This document shows, piece by piece, positions 25,786-32,000 of a stretch of DNA of 32,000 nt; the first letter of the stretch is position 1; every line of letters starts with the position of its first letter. The DNA comes from Candidatus Saccharimonadota bacterium (GTDB lineage Bacteria > Bacteroidota > Bacteroidia > Flavobacteriales > Blattabacteriaceae). The notes beneath the pieces are model-generated. The model ran no database searches. It saw only the letters and a program-made list of their open reading frames with translations, and was not told where the DNA came from. Location: positions 90,001 to 122,000 of the forward strand of contig NZ_OZ034981.1 in the NCBI RefSeq assembly GCF_964030875.1. The letters run 5' to 3'. Both the position numbers and the translations under genes were made by a program.

Positions 25786-28404
25786 TTAGTTAAAAATAAA
25801 ACTCTCCACTAACTTTATCGCTTCATTTAACCCAGTAGAATTGTTCCCCTTTGCCATAGCAAAAAACTTCTGACCTCCTCCATTGAGATCAGGGGATAAT
25901 TTTTTAAGAATTTGACAAGCATTTACCCCATGGTCAACAAGATCATCAGAGACTGCTATGCAAAGCAGCACGTTATTTTTTTCAGAACGACCAACAACTG
26001 TTATTAGTTCTCTATGTTCCCTCCGTAATTCTAATGCTATGGTTTTCATAGCAGTAGGTTCGAGATTTGTTTTTTCAGAGATCAACATAAATCTATCATG
26101 TTTTTTAGCTTTTGTTAACCATTCTTTTTTTAATCTCTGTATTTCTCGTGACGTTACAACATTTATTTGTGTTCGGAACTTTTTTATTTCCTGTTGCAAT
26201 TGTTGTATAGTTTTAATAGGATCGTAGGGATTATGTATTTGATAAATAATTTTATTATAATCATCAGATATCTTGTTAAGATATACAATGGCAGTTTTTT
26301 CGGTAATTGCTTCTATACGTCGTAGACCTGATCCTACAGAAGATTCTGATACAATTTTGAATAATCCTATTTCTCCAGTTTTCTTTACATGTGTTCCAAA
26401 ACACAATTCTAACGAGGGGCCAAAACCTATACTTCGCACTTGATTTACGTATTTTTCACCAAATATTGCTACAGATCCTTCTGAAATTGCTGTTTCAAAT
26501 GGAATGTTTCTACGTTCTAGTAACGGATAATCTTTAAATATTATATACTGTACCAACATCTCAATAGACTGCAATTGTTCAATACGGATTTTTTGAGGAT
26601 GAGAAAAGTCAAAACGCAATCTATCAGGCCCTACATACGATCCTTTCTGAGAAACATGATCCCCTAGGACTTTTTTTAGAGCATAATGTAATAAATGAGT
26701 AGCACTATGGTTTTTTTCAATTTTCTTTCTACGATTTTGATCTACTGAAGCTTTGAAAGGTTTTTGGATATTATCAGGAAGTTTTTCTATCGTATGAAGA
26801 AAAAGACCATTCTCTTTATAAGTATTTATGATTCGTATTGTATCAAATTCATTTTCCAAATAACCACTGTCTCCGACCTGTCCACCTCCTTCAGGACAAA
26901 AAGGGGTTTGATTTAAAACAATTTGATAATAGGGACCTTTAATCGTTTGCAAACGACGATATTGTTGTATATAAACATGAGCATATAAAATTTCATGACC
27001 GAGAAATTTTTTTTCTACGAAAGAACTATTGAGAATAGTCCAATCATCATGCTGAATATTACCAGATTTACGAGCACGTTCTTTTTGAAGAGACATTTCT
27101 TTTTTAAAGCCTATTTCATCTATTTTTAAAAAATTGTCTGCGGCAATTAAACGGGAAATATCTATCGGTAAACCGTAAGTATCATATAACTCAAATATTT
27201 TATCTCCACTAATCTGTTGTTGTCTTTTTTGTTTAGTTTCTTCAATAAGATTTTCCATTCTGTTTATGCCATGAGTTATGGTATTAAAAAAAGTGCTTTC
27301 TTCTGCTTGTACTTGTTCCTCTATCCACTTTTGTTGACTAACAAGTTCAGGAAATATATCTCCCATTTCTTGTACAAGAACTTTCACCAGTTTATACAAA
27401 AAAGCTTTATTATGATGTAAAAATTGATATCCATAACTTATGGATCTTCGCAAAAGACGACGAATTACATATCCTGGACCAATATTAGAGGGATTTTGTC
27501 CGTCAGCAATAGCAAAAGAAATAGCTCTAATGTGATCTACTATCACACGAATAGCTATATCTATTTGAGAATTTTTACCATAATTAACATTGCTAACCGA
27601 TTCTATTTTTTTAATTAGAGATCGAAAAATATCAGTGTCAAAATTTGAAGATTTGTTTTGCAATACTCTGCAGAGTCTCTCAATACCGAGACCTGTATCT
27701 ATATGACGATTCTCTAATTTTTCAAGACTTCCATCCGATTTACGAAGAAATTCTATAAATACAAGATTCCATAGTTCTATTACATCCGGATGATTTTTAT
27801 TAACAAGATCCTTACCGTAAACAGACTTTTTTTCTTTTGAACTACGTAAATCTATATGAATTTCTGAACAAGGTCCACAAGGACCGATAGATCCCATTTC
27901 CCAGAAATTTTCTATTTGACCAAAAGAGATAATGCGATTTTTGTCAATAAATCTTTCCCAAAGAAATCTAGACTCCTCATCAGGAGAAATATCATTTTTA
28001 TCATCACCAGAAAATATTGTAACATATAAATTTTCACTAGGGATTTTGTAGACCTCAGTAAGAAGTTCCCAAGACCATTCTATAGCCTCTTTTTTATAAT
28101 AATCTCCAAAAGACCAATTTCCAAGCATTTCGAACATAGTATGATGATGAGGATCATGACCGACATCCTCCAAGTCATTATGTTTTCCTACTACTCGCAA
28201 GCATTTTTGCGTATTAGCTATTCTAGGATAATGAGGGATTCTTTGCGATAGAAAATAATCTTTGAACGGATTCATTCCCGCGTTTGTGAACATAAGGCTG
28301 GGATCATTTTTTATAACAATGGGAGATGAAGGAAAGATTTGATGATTTTTTTTTTGGAAAAAATTTAAAAAACTCTGTCGGATTTTACGATAGGTAAACA
28401 TCAC
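25786..28404 (-). CDS. alaS: alanine--tRNA ligase
   Basis: 872 aa. FLNFFQKKNHQIFPSSPI..., FTNAGMNPFKDYF, KCLRVVGKHNDLEDVG.D.HHHTMFEMLGNWSFGDYYK, the editing-domain HSATHLLH box, and a C-terminal DHHA1-like GGGQKFFA. Confidence 0.97.
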   Translation of the reverse strand: MMFTYRKIRQSFLNFFQKKNHQIFPSSPIVIKNDPSLMFTNAGMNPFKDYFLSQRIPHYPRIANTQKCLRVVGKHNDLEDVGHDPHHHTMFEMLGNWSFGDYYKKEAIEWSWELLTEVYKIPSENLYVTIFSGDDKNDISPDEESRFLWERFIDKNRIISFGQIENFWEMGSIGPCGPCSEIHIDLRSSKEKKSVYGKDLVNKNHPDVIELWNLVFIEFLRKSDGSLEKLENRHIDTGLGIERLCRVLQNKSSNFDTDIFRSLIKKIESVSNVNYGKNSQIDIAIRVIVDHIRAISFAIADGQNPSNIGPGYVIRRLLRRSISYGYQFLHHNKAFLYKLVKVLVQEMGDIFPELVSQQKWIEEQVQAEESTFFNTITHGINRMENLIEETKQKRQQQISGDKIFELYDTYGLPIDISRLIAADNFLKIDEIGFKKEMSLQKERARKSGNIQHDDWTILNSSFVEKKFLGHEILYAHVYIQQYRRLQTIKGPYYQIVLNQTPFCPEGGGQVGDSGYLENEFDTIRIINTYKENGLFLHTIEKLPDNIQKPFKASVDQNRRKKIEKNHSATHLLHYALKKVLGDHVSQKGSYVGPDRLRFDFSHPQKIRIEQLQSIEMLVQYIIFKDYPLLERRNIPFETAISEGSVAIFGEKYVNQVRSIGFGPSLELCFGTHVKKTGEIGLFKIVSESSVGSGLRRIEAITEKTAIVYLNKISDDYNKIIYQIHNPYDPIKTIQQLQQEIKKFRTQINVVTSREIQRLKKEWLTKAKKHDRFMLISEKTNLEPTAMKTIALELRREHRELITVVGRSEKNNVLLCIAVSDDLVDHGVNACQILKKLSPDLNGGGQKFFAMAKGNNSTGLNEAIKLVESFIFN

Positions 28405-28426
28405 ATAAGTTTTATATAAATATTTG

Positions 28427-28513
28427 CGGAGAGAAAGGGATTCGAACCCTTGACACTGTATTCAGTGAACATACTTTCCAGGAATGCGCCTTAGACCACT
28501 CGGCCATCTCTCC
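28427..28513 (-). tRNA. tRNA-Ser (anticodon GGA), type II
   Basis: Reverse complement ggagagatggccgagtggtctaaggcgc...ctGGAaa...variable arm ttcactgaatacagtg...T-arm aagggttcgaatccctt...tctctcc-g. One U-U mismatch appears in the anticodon stem of my fold. Confidence 0.85.
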
Positions 28514-28520
28514 AAGAATT

Positions 28521-29498
28521 TTACAATATGCTGATACCTAAGGCTTTTCTAACACGTTGTAATGTTATCGTAGCTATTTGTGAAGCACGTTCAGCTCCCA
28601 TAGAAAGAATTTTATTTAAAAGGACTTTTTTTTGTATAAATTCATTGAATTTTTCTCGTTCGTGTTTAAACCGATGTAATAAAAGTTCATAAAGAGCTTG
28701 TTTAGCATTCCTATAACCATAACCTCCAGTTATATAATTTTTTTCCATTTCAATAATTTGGTATTCAGAAGCAAAAAATTTGTAAAAAGTATAAATTAAA
28801 TCTGTTTCTGGATTTTTAGACTCCTCTAAGGAAAAATTATTGGTTCGAATATTCATGATTTGCTGGTATAGTTCTTTTTCTTTAGCAAAAAGATTTATAA
28901 TATTTCCTTTAGATTTGCTCATTTTTTTTCCGTCGATACCTGGAATATACATAAGATTTTTATTAATCATAGGTTCTGGTACAACAAAGACTTCTCCTAT
29001 TTTACTATTAAAACGCTTGGCTATGTCACGCGTAATCTCCAGATGTTGGAGTTGATCTTTACCCACAAGTATTTTTTCAGCATCGTAGAGCAATATATCC
29101 GCTGCCATTAGCATAGGATAGGTAAATAAGCCAGTGTTAATCTCTTTAATCTCATTTTTTTTTTCCTTAAATGAATGTGCTAATTTCAGTCTCTGATAAG
29201 GGTAAAAACAACTTAAATACCAAGATAACTCAGTAGTCTGAGGTACATCGGATTGACGATAACAAATCGCCCGATCTGCATCCAGTCCGCAAGCAAGCCA
29301 AGTAGCCAAAACTTGATAGGTATATTCTTTTAATAACTCAGCATTTTTAACAACAGTTAACGAATGTAAATCTGCAATAAATAAAAAGGAAGTATAATCA
29401 TAGCTATTTGCCAATTGAATAGCTGGAAAAATAACACTCAATAGATTGCCTAAATGAGGAATCCCAGTGCTTTGGATACCCGTTAATATTCTGGACAT
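28521..29498 (-). CDS. trpS: tryptophan--tRNA ligase
   Basis: ILTGIQSTGIPHLGNLL (HIGH-type box), ...GKDQLQHLEITRDIAKRFN..., KMSKS box (GKKMSKSKGN). Confidence 0.95.
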   Translation of the reverse strand: MSRILTGIQSTGIPHLGNLLSVIFPAIQLANSYDYTSFLFIADLHSLTVVKNAELLKEYTYQVLATWLACGLDADRAICYRQSDVPQTTELSWYLSCFYPYQRLKLAHSFKEKKNEIKEINTGLFTYPMLMAADILLYDAEKILVGKDQLQHLEITRDIAKRFNSKIGEVFVVPEPMINKNLMYIPGIDGKKMSKSKGNIINLFAKEKELYQQIMNIRTNNFSLEESKNPETDLIYTFYKFFASEYQIIEMEKNYITGGYGYRNAKQALYELLLHRFKHEREKFNEFIQKKVLLNKILSMGAERASQIATITLQRVRKALGISIL

Positions 29499-29626
29499 TT
29501 TTAAGATTTTAACGCTTCTGCACTTACCACAATTTCTTTAGTAATAGCATACTGACGTTCTTTATTATTAACTAACTTTTATTTCTGTGGCTTTATGCAT
29601 AGCCATAAGACGTGATTAAATAAAGA

Positions 29627-29663
29627 GCTTAGGCTCCATAAAGTAGCTTAGCTCCATAAAGTA
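29627..29663. repeat. imperfect tandem duplication, 19/18 bp (gcttag(g)ctccataaagta)
   Basis: Read directly. The copies differ by a 1-nt indel. Confidence 0.85.
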
Positions 29664-29692
29664 AAAGTAATTAACTTTTTCATCATTACTAG

Positions 29693-29713
29693 ACTTTATA
29701 CTTTATACTTTAT
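29693..29713. repeat. tandem array, 7 bp x 3 (actttat)
   Basis: Read directly. Confidence 0.85.
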
Positions 29714-30108
29714 AGAGATAGGTAAATGAACCTTTAAGAATTTTTCTAGAAATAGATCGCTATAGTCTCCATAACTAGGAAATTTTATTTGTGCAGATAC
29801 TACGACAGAAATACCTTCATTAATTGCTGGTCGGCCACAGTAATAGAGATAATATTAGTTGGAATAGATCCGTCTCCCTAATAGGTAGAGCTGAACCTAC
29901 CAATACTTAACGTTCATATTACGGGCTACTTCAGCATCTTGGATTATTTGAGCAGAACGTTACGAGAAAAGACATAAAGACATCTACGGGATAAGCTTCT
30001 ATAAATTTCACGTCTGGGGCTTGCCTAGTAGCGAGGAGCGAGGCGTTAGCTGCTACTACTACCGTGCACCATACATTACTTATGGGTGATCAGAACATTC
30101 AATAGTAT

Positions 30109-30148
30109 CTATGGCGCTCTATGGCGCTCTATGGCGCTCTATGGCGCT
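30109..30148. repeat. perfect tandem array, 10 bp x 4 (ctatggcgct)
   Basis: Read directly. Confidence 0.97.
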
Positions 30149-30201
30149 GGTAATACCATTACCCCAGCATCCCTTCTACTACCTGTAGTAGATGTCCGCT
30201 A

Positions 30202-30297
30202 CGTTGCACTTTGCGTTGCACTTTGCGTTGCACTTTGCGTTGCACTTTGCGTTGCACTTTGCGTTGCACTTTGCGTTGCACTTTGCGTTGCACTTTG
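30202..30297. repeat. perfect tandem array, 12 bp x 8 (cgttgcactttg)
   Basis: Read directly. It drives the artefactual (VALC)8 and (SATQ)8 ORFs 30086..30385 and 30199..30435. Confidence 0.97.
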
Positions 30298-30579
30298 TAC
30301 CACACCAACATGGTCAATCCCTTTAAGACCAGTGACCAGGATGAAATTCACCGTATCTAGTCCTGAGCTACTCCAAATTATGTAATATAATTCTTTATGG
30401 CTGCTGTCATAGATTTGACCATTCTTTATGCTCAATCAACCCTAGTAGTATCTTTCCATTACTTCCTTTATTTTTCAATGGTATAGCCGTGATGATAGTG
30501 GCTTCGACCCACTTTAAAATTGGAAGACCGATTTTTTTAAATTAATAGAAAGCATTTCATCAGATGCCTTATCAAGCTC

Positions 30580-30960
30580 TGTGTTATTACTACCCCGAGA
30601 AATCATTTATTATTTTTCTTGGCATGCATTGTATTTGAGTTCTTCTTTAAGAAGTTTTTCAGCAATGTTAATAGACAAATCAACTATATATGAGACTTTT
30701 CGCCTGTGCTTGTTCTTCACGGGTTTTATCACTCATTATACGAGCTTATTAATATCTCGTTCAATACGACTTTCTTTAATCCAATTATCTTTTAAAAGAC
30801 GAATTTCTTCACGGACTTTTTGAGCAGCTTCTAGAGAATTATGCAAATGAGTATCACGTTTGAGTATCACGTTGTTCAATCATATTTAATATGGGTGTTT
30901 CCACGCAAATTTTGTCAGAATGAAAAACAAAAGTAAAAAGAGAACACTTTGCCAAAAAAT
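30580..30960 (-). pseudogene. atpF: ATP synthase Fo subunit b pseudogene
   Basis: The minus-strand translation FWQSVLFLLLFFILTKFAWKHPY*..LNN..RDTHLHNSLEAAQKVREEIRLLKDNWIKESRIERDINKL** has the FW-x-hydrophobic-KFAWKP membrane anchor followed by a charged helix. It is interrupted by stops and a 13-bp duplication. Confidence 0.7.
30848..30873. repeat. 13-bp tandem duplication (tgagtatcacgtt x2) inside atpF
   Basis: Read directly. Confidence 0.9.
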
Positions 30961-31175
30961 AAAACCTCGGGAAGGCGTTACTAAATCCACTCGGTAAACC
31001 CTATATAGCTAAAAGGGCAGTGACTATACCGAAAAGTGCAGTAGCTAGGTTGTCTGTAGATCGCCTACAAAACAGATAGCCCTAGCGTCCATACCAATAA
31101 ATAAGGAAGAGAGCGCTGTAAATCTGAATGCTTCAGACACCAGCACTTCGAGTAATAGCACTTCGAGTAATGACG
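30961..31175 (-). pseudogene. atpE: ATP synthase Fo subunit c remnant
   Basis: Minus-strand fragments lie in two frames: AIYRQPS (compare the conserved ARQPE loop) and LATALFGIVTALLAI* (helix-2 end). A 15-bp duplication sits at the N-terminal side. Confidence 0.55.
31142..31171. repeat. 15-bp tandem duplication (agcacttcgagtaat x2)
   Basis: Read directly. Confidence 0.92.
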
Positions 31176-31179
31176 GAAA

Positions 31180-31920
31180 TCAGGCAAACCCTGCAGCAAA
31201 TATACTTTTAAAAATGAATCTGACGCAAATAAAGCTCAATATAATAAGATGACCCGCCGGAGCAAATAAACGAATGCAAAGTGTCATTGGTCTTATAAAG
31301 ATTCCTACAAGTTCTATTGGGATGAGTAAAAAACGAACAAATATCGTAGGCAGATGGAAAATCTGTTTACAATAAGATCTTTTGGAGGTTATAATCAACG
31401 ATAAAACTAAGGTGGTATTAATATTCCCAGTTACATTCGGAATTCGTAGCCGATGGCAGCATCCCAATAAGATTGGTTATAAAAAAAATACAACTTATAC
31501 ATCGCCTATGTTTTGAATAGCTAATTCATCTCTTAGGAACAAAATTAGTGGTTATAACAATTTAGCCTGTAAAGAAATAGGACAATAATCTTTGTCAGAA
31601 TTTGCCATGTTTAAAAACATCCCACAAAGAATAAAAACAGAACATAAAGTAGCCACAACATTTTTCGTAATGGAGAGATTCAACGGTTGCTGATTTAGGT
31701 CCTGAGGTGGTCAAGGACCCATAAGCGTCGGTTTTATTGCACAAGACGATAATATTTTCCTTAATCTTCTACAATCTTTCTTCCATATTTAAACCGAAAA
31801 AACATGCCAGCCTTTATACCACAAAATTATAGGAATACTTAGACTTTTCTCTCCACTACCCCAAAAGTGCCATTCAGATGAATCTCGTATGTGTTCAAGA
31901 ATAACTTCAGCAGGATTCAT
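31180..31920 (-). pseudogene. atpB: ATP synthase Fo subunit a pseudogene
   Basis: N-terminus from the ATG at 31920: MNPAEVILEHIRDSSEWHFWGSGEKSLSIPIILWYKGWHVFSV*. ORF 31180..31467 reads ...NVTGNINTTLVLSLI...IELVGIFIRPMTLCIRLFAPAGHLIILSF, where the conserved RLFGN-x-x-AGH box is altered. Stops and deletions lie between the two pieces. Confidence 0.8.
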
Positions 31921-32000
31921 AATTCTTTCTCTATAAGAAACTACAAAACTATTCAGCACAAAAAATCATGAGTTATTGGACAAGTAGAACCATCCTCATT

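Larger units (their letters stand above)
29501..30575 (-). pseudogene. remnants of ATP synthase F1/stalk genes (atpG C-terminus, atpA core fragments, possibly atpH) compressed into about 1.1 kb
   Basis: Minus-strand fragments: NNKERQYAITKEIVVSAEALKS* ending at 29501 (gamma-subunit C-terminus), GDGSIPTNIISIT and RPAINEGISV..SAQIK.. around 29780-29880 (alpha-subunit motifs). There are many stops. Intact atpH+atpA+atpG would need roughly 3 kb. Confidence 0.6.

Overview
This window looks like part of a strongly reduced, AT-rich Flavobacteriia-type (Bacteroidota) insect-endosymbiont genome. The assignment rests on protein similarity and on gene order (pnp-rpsO, miaB-sigma54 activator-secG-groES-groEL, dapB-lepB); I did not run any database search.

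Intact genes are mostly housekeeping:
- Translation and RNA: rpsO, rpmE, rpsP, rbfA, tsaD, rsmH, rsmG, miaB, alaS, trpS, a pnp fragment, and 9 tRNAs.
- Replication and chaperones: gyrB, groES/groEL, secG.
- Fe-S assembly: sufE and a DUF59/SufT-like protein.
- Amino-acid metabolism: dapB and an aspartate-family aminotransferase.

Two observations stand out.
1. Every energy-conservation locus in the window is a pseudogene or a deletion remnant. These are a class I cytochrome c, an alternative-complex-III-like operon (actA/B/C/F), sucA-sucB, and the whole F1Fo ATP synthase operon. lepB and truB are also dead.
2. The window carries at least 23 short tandem arrays. Units are 7-29 bp, copy numbers are 2-11, and the total is about 1.4 kb by my tally. 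Most arrays have identical copies; the exceptions are two C-variant units in the 6118-6213 array and a 1-nt indel between the two copies at 29627-29663. Each array is built from local native sequence. Almost all lie in pseudogenes, spacers or gene starts; one sits in frame inside the essential rpsO gene, and one supplies the only visible lesion in the cytochrome c gene.

I saw no CRISPR array, transposase, integrase, rRNA or defence system. Pseudogene boundaries are approximate. All translations and coordinates were worked out by hand.
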